Shown here: one piece after another, positions 28,101 through 36,173 of the stretch | Layout: the number at the start of each line of letters is the position of its first letter | Numbering within the stretch: position 1 is the stretch's first letter | From: a virus | DNA length: 36,223 nt | Direction: 5' to 3' (one strand) | Virus genome (UHGV): UHGV-0136979 | The notes under the pieces: model-generated | The model's database searches: none | What the model saw: only the letters and a program-made list of their open reading frames with translations | Told to the model about the DNA's origin: nothing | Made by a program: the position numbers and the translations under genes

Positions 28101-28216
28101 TCGTTTACGGGATTCTGAAATCCCGTTTTTGCCTGTTTTGTGCGCGCTTCATATATCGCTGCGCGTTTTTTGCTCATTTACGGGATTCGTGAGTCCCGTT
28201 TCTGTCTGTTTTTTGT
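28101..28216. repeat. two copies of a 40-bp hairpin-plus-T-tract repeat, about 73 bp apart, straddling the A stop
   Basis: Copy 1 (about 28104..28140): TTTACGGGATTCTGAAATCCCGTTTTTGCCTGTTTTG; copy 2 (about 28177..28216): TTTACGGGATTCGTGAGTCCCGTTTCTGTCTGTTTTTTG, inside the 3' end of A. The T-tracts are on the + strand although both flanking genes are on the - strand. Confidence 0.65.
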
Positions 28217-30971
28217 TTCCACTGGTCAGGCCACCCCGCAGCAGGTCTGCTTTGCGGCGGGCGCGTTCAGTGGTTTCACTGATTCTCTGTGCGTGCTCTG
28301 CGTCACGGATGGCGCGCAGCATGTCAGAAAGCACGGTAACGGGTGTTTTCATGGTGTTCTGGTCCTGCTGAAGTGTGGATGCCAGGCGTGCGGCGGCTTC
28401 AGGGTCTGATGCCCCCAGCTGTTCCAGATAGCTGGCGACCGGGTTATGGCGGATCTCCGTGCTGCTTACGCCGTGATTACGGCTCAGGCGTTGCCAGAGC
28501 TGCGTGATCCGGCTGTCCGGGCGGGTATCCGGTTTGCGTACAATTTCAAATCCCTGCGGTGCAATGATGCTGCCGTCAACGTACAGACTGCCGCCCCGTA
28601 ACAGGTGCTGCATCTGTTGTTCACCGATATGCAGGCCGAGAGATTCAGCAGACTCCCGCCATTCTTTAGCGAGTAATTCGTGGTTATCAGGCAAAGGCCG
28701 CGGCTGTTTGCGGCTCTGTGTCCAGCTCTGCATTTCATCACTGCTGTTTTTTGCCTGTTTGTCACGAAGCGAACGCATCAGCGCCCGGCGTTCGTGCCGT
28801 TTCAGTGAGCGCATCCATTCGTTCACGTCAACGCCATCAGGAAGCTGCGGCCACGGTGCTGGCCGTTCTTCCGGCTGTTCTGTCCCGTTGTTGTCCGTTT
28901 CCTGTACACGGGGACAGTTATTGCCACGAGTCCAAGGGGCGGCAGGGCCGCCCTGAAGGTCAAAACCATTTTCGCGGGCGCTGTCTTCCGCTTCCGGTTT
29001 GCGTCTTACCAGCTTCCAGTTGTCCGGATGCGTGCATACGCGGGAAGACTCCCCGATGAGCGGTGACCAGATCCCGTAAATCTGTACGCTCTGTTCACCG
29101 TAATCGTTCAGCTCATCTGCGAGGTCGTAGGCGGTGCGAATCAGGTAGTCCTTGCGTGGAACAAGTACGCCGCCCTGTTTCTCTATGTAGGTGGCAAAAC
29201 ATCCGGCATCAGCGGCAGCAAGAACCGCGTCCATTGCGTCATCCTTCAGCCGTTGCGGTCCTTCCGGGTTGCGAGCCATCTGGCTGGCAAGGCGGCGCAG
29301 TTCACGCCACACCTGACGGGAGGGGATACCAAAGAACTGGAACTGGCGGACCCGGTGAAGGCGCGCCCAGCCGATGGCGCGTTCCACGCTCTCGGCCATT
29401 GATTTTCCGGTTTCGTGGTCAACGCGTGGCTTGCCCGTTTTCGGGTCGATGCCATCCACGGCACGGCTGTCCAGGTTTTTCCCGATGTAGGTGGCGATGT
29501 AGCTGGTCGGTGTGCCTTTTGAGCCGTCGACGTACTCCGCCTTAAAGCGTGGGGTAATATCATCACCCAGCTCGTGACGATCTTCCTGAATGGCAATATC
29601 GCGGGTGTGGGACACAATAGTGTCGATTTCTTCCGGATGAGCAAAGACCATCATATGCCAGTGCACGGTGCCGTCATGGTGAGGCTCCACCGTGCGGATG
29701 CCATACCAGCGCAGGCCGTCGCGGTTCAGTTTCTTGCGGACCGCCGCAAAAAACGTGTTAACCAGGTAATCGCTGGAGTCGCGCATGGTGGCCCCGTTCC
29801 ATTTGGGATTCGGATGACCGTTCTCCGTTGTTGCGTGGTATTTTGACGGGCAGGTGACAGTCAGAAACACCGCTTTGTCGCCACGGGCTTCGGCCAGAAG
29901 TTCCAGCCCCTTCATGGTGGCCATCATTTCTGCCTTACGGTGAACCGGGTTACTTACTCCCGCGTAATACACTGTCTCGAGATCAATCGTGAACCCATCT
30001 TCGTTTTCCAGCATGAAACTTTTCAGGAAATCGCGTGTTTTCTCGCGCTGTGCGCGAAACTCGCTTAATGCGTCCTGGCTCAGATAGGGCGATGTTTTTC
30101 TGGAAACCAGACAGGCGGCGCGGAGTTGTTCTTCTCTCCACTCGCAACGTAACAGCCACAGTTTGCGTTTCCACCATTCCGTACAGGTCAGGCGAAGGAT
30201 TGCGCCCGGCAGCAGCTCCGTGTCCGGTTCGTTCCTCCGGTCTTTATCTGTTGTCAGTGCGTCATAATGTGGAGGCATGATGTGCAGGTGTAACGCCATG
30301 CGGGCCAGCATCTGATACGCCTTCAGCGTTACATCCATGGTCAGTTCGCCATCGGTCGCGCCAAAGCCATCGCAGAGTTTTTCGAAGGTGCTGCTGAACA
30401 TCGCCGCCGTCATGGTGGCCAGCGTCTGTATCTGGTGCTTGTTGAGCTGCGGCAGGTAAAGCAAATCATCCAGGCGTTCGCGTCCGGCAAGGGAGCGATA
30501 ACCCGGTGTCAGCCAGCGATGGTCGGTGCGGTCCAGACGTTCGAATATTTTGCGCAGGGTTCCGCGCGCGTAGCGTTCAGCCTGCCAGCTCTTTTTGCCT
30601 TTCCGGCGATCGGCTTCCTGTTTTTTGCGCAGGAAGGAGAGGTGGCGAATAAGCGGATCGCGCAGATAGGACGGCAGCAGGCGCAGCGAGGCCATGGCTT
30701 CATCCACCGCACCGCGTACCTGTTTTCTGGCGTCTCCTGCCAGTGTGATGGTTTTGTCCTGTTTTTCCTGTGCGTCCAGGCTTTTATTAATCAGGTTGCC
30801 CAGCGGCGTGGCGGAGAACGCCGCATCAGCCATTTCCTGGCGGCGCTCGTTCTCTGCCCGGTAGGCATCCAGCCAGGAGGAAAGCGCGGATTCAGGAACG
30901 GGGATCCCCGTTCCTTCACGCCCCACTGCGTGGCGCGGTTGTTGCCAGTCCCTGATGTACTCTGCCGTCAT
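28149..30971 (-). CDS. A: replication initiation endonuclease A (rolling-circle, HUH type)
   Basis: 940 aa; HUH-like TVHWHMMVF and paired active-site tyrosines SYIATYIGK; conserved position. About 180 aa longer than P2 gpA (761 aa, from memory). Confidence 0.9.
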   Translation of the reverse strand: MTAEYIRDWQQPRHAVGREGTGIPVPESALSSWLDAYRAENERRQEMADAAFSATPLGNLINKSLDAQEKQDKTITLAGDARKQVRGAVDEAMASLRLLPSYLRDPLIRHLSFLRKKQEADRRKGKKSWQAERYARGTLRKIFERLDRTDHRWLTPGYRSLAGRERLDDLLYLPQLNKHQIQTLATMTAAMFSSTFEKLCDGFGATDGELTMDVTLKAYQMLARMALHLHIMPPHYDALTTDKDRRNEPDTELLPGAILRLTCTEWWKRKLWLLRCEWREEQLRAACLVSRKTSPYLSQDALSEFRAQREKTRDFLKSFMLENEDGFTIDLETVYYAGVSNPVHRKAEMMATMKGLELLAEARGDKAVFLTVTCPSKYHATTENGHPNPKWNGATMRDSSDYLVNTFFAAVRKKLNRDGLRWYGIRTVEPHHDGTVHWHMMVFAHPEEIDTIVSHTRDIAIQEDRHELGDDITPRFKAEYVDGSKGTPTSYIATYIGKNLDSRAVDGIDPKTGKPRVDHETGKSMAESVERAIGWARLHRVRQFQFFGIPSRQVWRELRRLASQMARNPEGPQRLKDDAMDAVLAAADAGCFATYIEKQGGVLVPRKDYLIRTAYDLADELNDYGEQSVQIYGIWSPLIGESSRVCTHPDNWKLVRRKPEAEDSARENGFDLQGGPAAPWTRGNNCPRVQETDNNGTEQPEERPAPWPQLPDGVDVNEWMRSLKRHERRALMRSLRDKQAKNSSDEMQSWTQSRKQPRPLPDNHELLAKEWRESAESLGLHIGEQQMQHLLRGGSLYVDGSIIAPQGFEIVRKPDTRPDSRITQLWQRLSRNHGVSSTEIRHNPVASYLEQLGASDPEAAARLASTLQQDQNTMKTPVTVLSDMLRAIRDAEHAQRISETTERARRKADLLRGGLTSGNKKQTETGLTNPVNEQKTRSDI

Positions 30972-30977
30972 AGTGAT

Positions 30978-31343
30978 TTACTTCGTCATGCCATTCAGGG
31001 TGTCGCGGCAGACGGCAGCCAGCCGCTGAATTTCCAGCACGGTGTCTTCTGTGTCGGCATGGCGATGTGTGATGCGGATGCTGTCGGCAATCACATCGAC
31101 GATTGCAGAGGATGGGCGCTGGTAAATGCCAATAACGGACGGGGTGCCACCTTCAATGCGGTAAAGCCTGTAATTTCCCTCGTGGCTGTCAATCATGTAG
31201 CGACCATCAATAACAATCTTTCCGTCAGCGAGCTGCGGTACAGGCAGGGATTTCAGGTACATGTCATAACGTTCACGCACGCGAACGGCAAGATCACGCT
31301 CTGTGTTGAGCAGGTATTCAAGAAAGTCGTTGGCGAGAATCAT
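30978..31343 (-). CDS. hypothetical early protein
   Basis: 121-aa track ORF immediately upstream of A in the early operon. Confidence 0.5.
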   Translation of the reverse strand: MILANDFLEYLLNTERDLAVRVRERYDMYLKSLPVPQLADGKIVIDGRYMIDSHEGNYRLYRIEGGTPSVIGIYQRPSSAIVDVIADSIRITHRHADTEDTVLEIQRLAAVCRDTLNGMTK

Positions 31344-31415
31344 TGCGGCAATCCTCTTGTTACAGATGTGCGAAGGCCTCCCGCCGCAAGGTGCAGGAAA
31401 GGCCCGGAACAGGAA

Positions 31416-31646
31416 TTAATGGAGTTTGTTTTGCTGCTGGATGAGATCCTGAAGAGACAGGAGGTCTTCCGCCAGATAGCTGAATACAGCGGCGCAGTAG
31501 TCGGCTGAAATAGTGCTGTTGAGTCTGTGCAATGTGTTGGATTGCATGATAAAGGCGACGTGTGCAGCGCGGGTGAGTCTGCGATCGATTTCAGTCTGGA
31601 TGTGACGACGCTCCGCGATAGCGCGGTGCTGTTTGCGGTCTGCCAT
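31416..31646 (-). CDS. hypothetical early protein
   Basis: 76-aa track ORF; no motif recognised. Confidence 0.4.
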   Translation of the reverse strand: MADRKQHRAIAERRHIQTEIDRRLTRAAHVAFIMQSNTLHRLNSTISADYCAAVFSYLAEDLLSLQDLIQQQNKLH

Positions 31647-31691
31647 GGTGTGGCCTCTTTGCTCGGTGATAGAAATAACTCACCATCCAGA

Positions 31692-31877
31692 GTTGAGAAT
31701 CTCGGGGTGGCGAGACGTACAGGGTTCTCAACACCGGAGAGCAAAGAATCCGGCCCGACCGAAGTCGGCCCCGTACGCCCCGCCATAATTCTGACGCGAA
31801 AAAGACGTGGCAATACAGTACGCACAAAAAAACCGCTTGCGCGGTTATGCGCTTTGCTCTGTATCGGGTTGAGAATC
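31692..31877. repeat. three copies of GTTGAGAA(T/C)C (two direct, one inverted) in a 320-bp non-coding early-region segment
   Basis: GTTGAGAATC at 31692..31701 and 31868..31877; inverted copy GTTCTCAAC at 31724..31732. Confidence 0.55.
31824..31846 (-). terminator. rho-independent terminator on the - strand within the early region
   Basis: On the - strand: AACCGC-GCAA-GCGGTT followed by TTTTTTTGTG. Confidence 0.55.
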
Positions 31878-31968
31878 CCGGCACCAGTTTTATGAGGTGC
31901 AGCGGAAATGTAACCTGACCGATTGAGGCATGGCAAGCGGTTTTTTTGTGTGTGCATGTTCTGGTTTC

Positions 31969-32268
31969 TTACTGGTTCAGAAAAAAATCAAAAACGTTAT
32001 CGATGCGTTGCAGCAGCTCTTGCTGCATTGCTTCCGGCGTTTCCGGTTCGCCAGGTGCCCCCAGCGTTGCGCAGAAATCAGCGATTTCATGATGGAGCGT
32101 GAGGCGAATGGCAGGAGCCGTGGTTCTGGCGTGCTCCAGCTGATCCAGCAGTGCCAGCACAGCAGACGGCGAGAGCATTGCGCGAAATGCCAGTAATTTT
32201 TGAGGCGTTGCCATTCGTTGCAGGGCAAATGCCAGTTCGCGTAGCTTCTGGTGGTTGATGGTGCTCAT
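31969..32268 (-). CDS. hypothetical early protein
   Basis: 99-aa track ORF; 4-nt overlap with the upstream gene. Confidence 0.5.
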   Translation of the reverse strand: MSTINHQKLRELAFALQRMATPQKLLAFRAMLSPSAVLALLDQLEHARTTAPAIRLTLHHEIADFCATLGAPGEPETPEAMQQELLQRIDNVFDFFLNQ

Positions 32269-32531
32269 GCTCTGGCTTCCTTCAGTAGCTGGTTAAACAT
32301 GTGAGTAAGTGAATTGCTACACCCGAACGGCATCGGGTTTACGTGGTAAGAAGCCTGTCCTCCAGTTTTGCGAGCGCGACCACCTGTGCTGCGGTTTGTT
32401 CTGATGACTAAGCCGCCGCGCCAAAGTTGGCGTAACTCAGCATTAATGGCTGTGGTTGGAGTATTCAGTGCTGCGGCGATCTCTCCGCCGCTACAACCCG
32501 GATGAGTAGCGATGTAGTCCAGAATGGTCAT
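32265..32531 (-). CDS. hypothetical early protein (possible winged-helix DNA binding)
   Basis: 88-aa track ORF; operon packing with 4-nt overlaps on both sides. Confidence 0.5.
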   Translation of the reverse strand: MTILDYIATHPGCSGGEIAAALNTPTTAINAELRQLWRGGLVIRTNRSTGGRARKTGGQASYHVNPMPFGCSNSLTHMFNQLLKEARA

Positions 32532-32731
32532 CTGCGTGGTTCCTGTACCTGTCGGATAAGATTCACCCGCGCCACGTTGGTGGCGCAGAAGTAAGTGCCG
32601 TCAGTGAGGTAGATGTGGTGTGCATCCTTTTCCGAACGATGTTTGTCGATAGTGGTAATCAGGCGTTCGTCGACCTCGTATTCGCGCCCTCTGGAGGTAA
32701 AGCGAACGACGGGAAAATGCTTAATTGCCAT
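32528..32731 (-). CDS. hypothetical early protein
   Basis: 67-aa track ORF. Confidence 0.45.
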   Translation of the reverse strand: MAIKHFPVVRFTSRGREYEVDERLITTIDKHRSEKDAHHIYLTDGTYFCATNVARVNLIRQVQEPRR

Positions 32732-32754
32732 TGCGCCCCCTTTGTCCAGTAACC

Positions 32755-33165
32755 CTATGCGTTAAATATGGTGTGTCGGGCGTCATCAATGAATGCAACT
32801 TGAGAGCGCTCTATCAGGCGGAGATTTGTCAGAAGCGCTGATTCCCTTATGGGGTGAGGAGTGATCAGGTATTTGTTCTGTAATCCGGCGATAATGGTGT
32901 ATCGCTGTGGCTCCGAGCCAATAGTGTAAATAAGGCGTCCGGTGTCAGATAAATCCAGTCCGGTGACTGGTTTAGTTTTGAGAAGCGCAAGTTCCACACC
33001 CTGTTTTTCGATGATTTTGGCAGCTTCTGCCGTGACTTTTGCGACTATCATTGTGTGGGTTGCGACGTCCATGTGAGCATTAGCCACGGCTTTTTTCGCT
33101 ACTTCGCTTTCCATCTTTGAAATTTCTTTCAGTGCTCTGATGATACCTTCTTCTTTTGCGTGCAT
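32755..33165 (-). CDS. hypothetical early protein
   Basis: 136-aa track ORF. Confidence 0.5.
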   Translation of the reverse strand: MHAKEEGIIRALKEISKMESEVAKKAVANAHMDVATHTMIVAKVTAEAAKIIEKQGVELALLKTKPVTGLDLSDTGRLIYTIGSEPQRYTIIAGLQNKYLITPHPIRESALLTNLRLIERSQVAFIDDARHTIFNA

Positions 33166-33258
33166 TTTTGTATCTCCGTTATTTGCGTGTGCGAATACCT
33201 CCGTTAATACGGATGGTTTTCACGTTTTCTTATTTAATTTGATGTTTTATTTGTATCG

Positions 33259-33372
33259 TTATTCATCAGAGAAAAAACGCTCGATCTTTTTCACTGAATT
33301 AATAATTCGCATAATCCCAATGGCGCAGGCCACCGAAATAATCAGAACAAGCCATGAGATAAATATACTCAT
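33259..33372 (-). CDS. 37-aa hydrophobic small protein, not in the ORF track
   Basis: Own translation MSIFISWLVLIISVACAIGIMRIINSVKKIERFFSDE; ATG overlaps the stop of the upstream gene (ATGA); one predicted transmembrane helix plus a charged tail. Confidence 0.45.
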   Translation of the reverse strand: MSIFISWLVLIISVACAIGIMRIINSVKKIERFFSDE

Positions 33373-33611
33373 GCGATATTCCCCAGCTTATACGGTTCAA
33401 TATGTTCTCCGCATTCTGCGGCACAGAGCAGCTCGGAAAGTTCGTTAAGTGCATCCAGATCATCAGCGTAAAAAGCCACGTCATACAGACTCCGGATTGC
33501 CCTGGTCAATGAGTCACGGGCTGCACGTTCAGCATGAACGCCTGATGCGCTTAAGCGAAAATAAAAACGCTCAAGTGCTTTGTTGATGAGTGTTTTATAT
33601 TCTTTGCCCAT
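33369..33611 (-). CDS. hypothetical early protein
   Basis: 80-aa track ORF. Confidence 0.45.
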   Translation of the reverse strand: MGKEYKTLINKALERFYFRLSASGVHAERAARDSLTRAIRSLYDVAFYADDLDALNELSELLCAAECGEHIEPYKLGNIA

Positions 33612-33631
33612 TGCATTTCCCCGGAAAACAA

Positions 33632-33886
33632 TTAAACAAAATCTCTTAATGGTTTACCTGATTCAATGCGCTCAATTGCATCGTTAATGGCCATGTATGC
33701 GGCGTGATCACCTGCATGGCATGCGCATTCCTGTAGTGACTTTAATCCGCTGATAATATCGCTTTTTGCTTCCGATAAAGGTTTTATCGTATTTAATGCA
33801 TCACGGGCATTATTATCTATGAGCCGGTGTATGATAAGAGTGTAGGCCGAGGCTATCTCTACCATGTTTTTTGTCGTTGTTGCCAT
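33632..33886 (-). CDS. hypothetical early protein
   Basis: 84-aa track ORF. Confidence 0.45.
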   Translation of the reverse strand: MATTTKNMVEIASAYTLIIHRLIDNNARDALNTIKPLSEAKSDIISGLKSLQECACHAGDHAAYMAINDAIERIESGKPLRDFV

Positions 33887-33889
33887 TGG

Positions 33890-34240
33890 TTAATTCCCCC
33901 GTGGATGCTGAAAACTACGACCTGCAATTAAGCGGTCAACCGTGCGAAGAGCTTCGTATAATGTGAAATCCTGCCCGAACTGATTGTCGCCGCTGCTCAG
34001 TGCAAAAATGCGGTTTCCGGTAAATGGGTTGCGGGGGCACCTGTGAACCACGATTCCAGCTTTCTCAATTAGCCAGGTGTGTTCGCCGATTTGTTTTACA
34101 GCGTGGCCATCCGGCGTTGCGTGTGTTTCGCTCAGGCTGTAGCGAGAGTTGCTACGTGATGCACTGGTAGCGAAACGGTTAGCATGGCGTTCCGCCCCGT
34201 TGCGGAAGCGCTGCTGTGAAGAATTGCGACGTTCCTTCAT
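33890..34240 (-). CDS. hypothetical early protein (position of P2 orf78 / 186 cII)
   Basis: 116-aa track ORF, basic and Ser/Arg-rich N-terminus; no family recognised. Confidence 0.4.
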   Translation of the reverse strand: MKERRNSSQQRFRNGAERHANRFATSASRSNSRYSLSETHATPDGHAVKQIGEHTWLIEKAGIVVHRCPRNPFTGNRIFALSSGDNQFGQDFTLYEALRTVDRLIAGRSFQHPRGN

Positions 34241-34277
34241 ATCAAAATACTCCGCCTAAAATGAATAATGGTTTGAG

Positions 34278-34703
34278 TTATGCTGCTTTACCGCTGATAT
34301 TTCTGTTTCGTCTGCCACTTGTTGGCTTAAACAAAAACAGACGGTTTTCCCAGTCGTGCCATTCCTGAGGTGCGTTTTCGATGAGGCGATCGCATGCTTC
34401 ATCCCACGCTTTTCTGTTGATGTAGAGTTCAGCGTTTCCGCCTGGTTTGAGAGGGTCCGCCATATACACCGCAGGTAGCTTTCCTGCTTTGGCCATGCTT
34501 ACGATGGCATCAACGGTCTTTCCGATATACATCGCAAATCCTTCTTTTGACAGGAGATGCGAGGGATTTTCTGAAAGTCGAATTTCTTCACGTTCACGTG
34601 CTTTACGTCCTGTTTTTTGATGCTCCCCTTCTGGCGTTTCTGACAGGTGATCGCATCGTGTTCCGCAAAGTGACTCAGGCGCGTTTTGAGTGCTTTCTTG
34701 CAT
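34278..34703 (-). CDS. cox: Cox/Apl-like excisionase-repressor, first gene of the early operon
   Basis: Divergent from C; the C-terminal 84 aa (MYIGKTVDAIVSMAKAGKLPAVYMADP...) are Cox-like. ATG at 34703 has a GGAGGA RBS; an alternative ATG at 34532 also has an RBS, so the true start is uncertain. Confidence 0.55.
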   Translation of the reverse strand: MQESTQNAPESLCGTRCDHLSETPEGEHQKTGRKAREREEIRLSENPSHLLSKEGFAMYIGKTVDAIVSMAKAGKLPAVYMADPLKPGGNAELYINRKAWDEACDRLIENAPQEWHDWENRLFLFKPTSGRRNRNISGKAA

Positions 34704-34811
34704 CTGATATCCTCCGCAATTGGTGCTTTCTTCTAACTAGCACCATTTAGAACTAGTTAGCGCAATTCGTTGTGTGTTAATTGATGTATAAACTAAGTGA
34801 GTTAACTTACT
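34704..34811. promoter_or_regulatory. immunity switch region (Pe/Pc promoters and operators) between cox and C
   Basis: 108-bp region between divergent cox and C starts; overlapping dyads GGTGCT(34722..27)/AGCACC(34739..44) and CTAACTAG(34733..40)/CTAGTTAG(34753..60); AACTAG direct repeat. Confidence 0.5.
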
Positions 34812-35111
34812 ATGTCAACTACCGTAGCTATGAAAATTCGCATCATGCGGAAGTCAGAAATGCTTACACAAGAAAAAATGGCAGAGATTACTGGGCTTAC
34901 TCTTGCTGCATTAAGGCAATATGAGCAAGGACGAAATGAACCCAACCTTGAGTCAACAAAAAAGCTTCTGAAAGCTCCCATGTTCCGTAAGTACCGCGAC
35001 TGGTTTTTGTTTGATGAAGTTGAACCCAAGGCCGGGCAGGTTGTACCGGCTCTCGCACACATTGGGCAAGACGAAGTGGAATCATCCCGCTCCGGCAAGA
35101 AAACTGGTTAA
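34812..35111 (+). CDS. C: P2 C-type immunity repressor
   Basis: 99 aa, the same length as P2 C; N-terminal HTH (IMRKSEMLTQEKMAEITGLTLAALRQYEQG) and C-terminal ...SGKKTG resembling P2 C; directly upstream of int. Confidence 0.8.
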   Translation: MSTTVAMKIRIMRKSEMLTQEKMAEITGLTLAALRQYEQGRNEPNLESTKKLLKAPMFRKYRDWFLFDEVEPKAGQVVPALAHIGQDEVESSRSGKKTG

Positions 35112-35141
35112 CGGTTCACCAGGCATTTATTTCCCAGAGCT

Positions 35142-36173
35142 GTGATCAAGATGATGTTTTCATTGGAGGGCTTCCTTATGTCGATTAAGAAGCTCGCTAA
35201 TGGCAAATTTTGTGTGGACGTGCGGCCTGCTGGATCAGAAGGAAAGAGATTCAGGCGGCGATTTGATACTCGTGGTGAGGCTGTTTTGTATGAGCGTCAT
35301 GTATTGCAGCATTACCACGACAAAGACTGGGTTGATAAGCCAACAGAACGGCGGTCGCTGAGGGAGCTGCTGGATTGTTGGTGGTTGTATCACGGTAAAA
35401 ATCATCCTTACGGTGCGATGGAGCGAGTGCGTATTGCTGCGGTCATTAGTGATCTTGAAAGTATTAATGTTACACGCAGTGATCAACTTACTCGTAAAAA
35501 CATAATTAATTATCGGTTATTGTTGCTTAACCGCGGAATAAAACAATCCACGGTTAATCGTTATTGCGCAATGATGAGTGGTTTTTTCACAAAACTAATT
35601 GACGCAGAGGAATATTCTGGGGCTAATCCGTTTCATGATGTGAAAAAACTTAATATCAAACAGCCTGAAATGGCTTATTTGTATCATGAAGATATTCCAC
35701 GATTACTGGAGTTGTTATCTGGTGATGAATTAAAAGCCGTCTTGTTGTGTCTGGCAACAGGTGGTAGATGGAGTGAAGTTGCAAATATCAAGGGGGAGCA
35801 TGTTATTAGCGGCAAAGTCATTTTTATGGAAACCAAAAATGGGAAGCGTCGCGTTATACCTATATCGTCAGAACTGGAGTGCATGATTAAAACAAAGGCC
35901 ACTGGTCGTTTAATTTATCCAAGTTATGCAGCTGTCAGATCTGCTATCAGAAAGGTGAGGCCCGATCTTCCTGAAGGGCAGTCGATACATGTTTTACGGC
36001 ATACCTTTGCCACTCACTTCATGATTAATGGTGGGAATATCATCACTTTGCAGAGAATACTTGGACATAGCACTATTCAGCAGACGATGACTTATGCCCA
36101 TTTTGCGCCGGATTATCTGCAGGATGCTGTGCGCTTTAATCCTGTGGCTGAGTTGTCCAGATATTGCCCATAA
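35142..36173 (+). CDS. int: tyrosine integrase
   Basis: 343 aa (P2 Int is 337 aa); C-terminal catalytic region with R...HVLRHTFATH...LGH...Y (tyrosine in TMTYAHF); last prophage gene at the window edge. Confidence 0.9.
   Translation: MIKMMFSLEGFLMSIKKLANGKFCVDVRPAGSEGKRFRRRFDTRGEAVLYERHVLQHYHDKDWVDKPTERRSLRELLDCWWLYHGKNHPYGAMERVRIAAVISDLESINVTRSDQLTRKNIINYRLLLLNRGIKQSTVNRYCAMMSGFFTKLIDAEEYSGANPFHDVKKLNIKQPEMAYLYHEDIPRLLELLSGDELKAVLLCLATGGRWSEVANIKGEHVISGKVIFMETKNGKRRVIPISSELECMIKTKATGRLIYPSYAAVRSAIRKVRPDLPEGQSIHVLRHTFATHFMINGGNIITLQRILGHSTIQQTMTYAHFAPDYLQDAVRFNPVAELSRYCP

Noticed and set aside
28101-28216. Possible CRISPR-like repeat array
   Set aside because: Only two imperfect copies with no repeat-spacer periodicity and no cas genes; not a CRISPR array.
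28504-29545. + strand ORFs of 150, 113 and 160 aa inside A
   Set aside because: Antisense shadows; Arg/Cys/Ser-rich low-complexity translations.
30435-31508. 357-aa + strand ORF overlapping A and the adjacent early gene
   Set aside because: Antisense shadow ORF in GC-rich coding DNA; the opposite-strand genes carry recognisable motifs and synteny.
31340-31957. 205-aa - strand ORF across the early intergenic region
   Set aside because: Ser/Thr/Pro-rich low-complexity translation that overlaps a better ORF and runs through hairpins and a terminator; treated as non-coding.
31647-31968. LexA (SOS) box controlling an antirepressor promoter
   Set aside because: No CTGT-N8-ACAG match found by eye in this or adjacent early intergenic regions.
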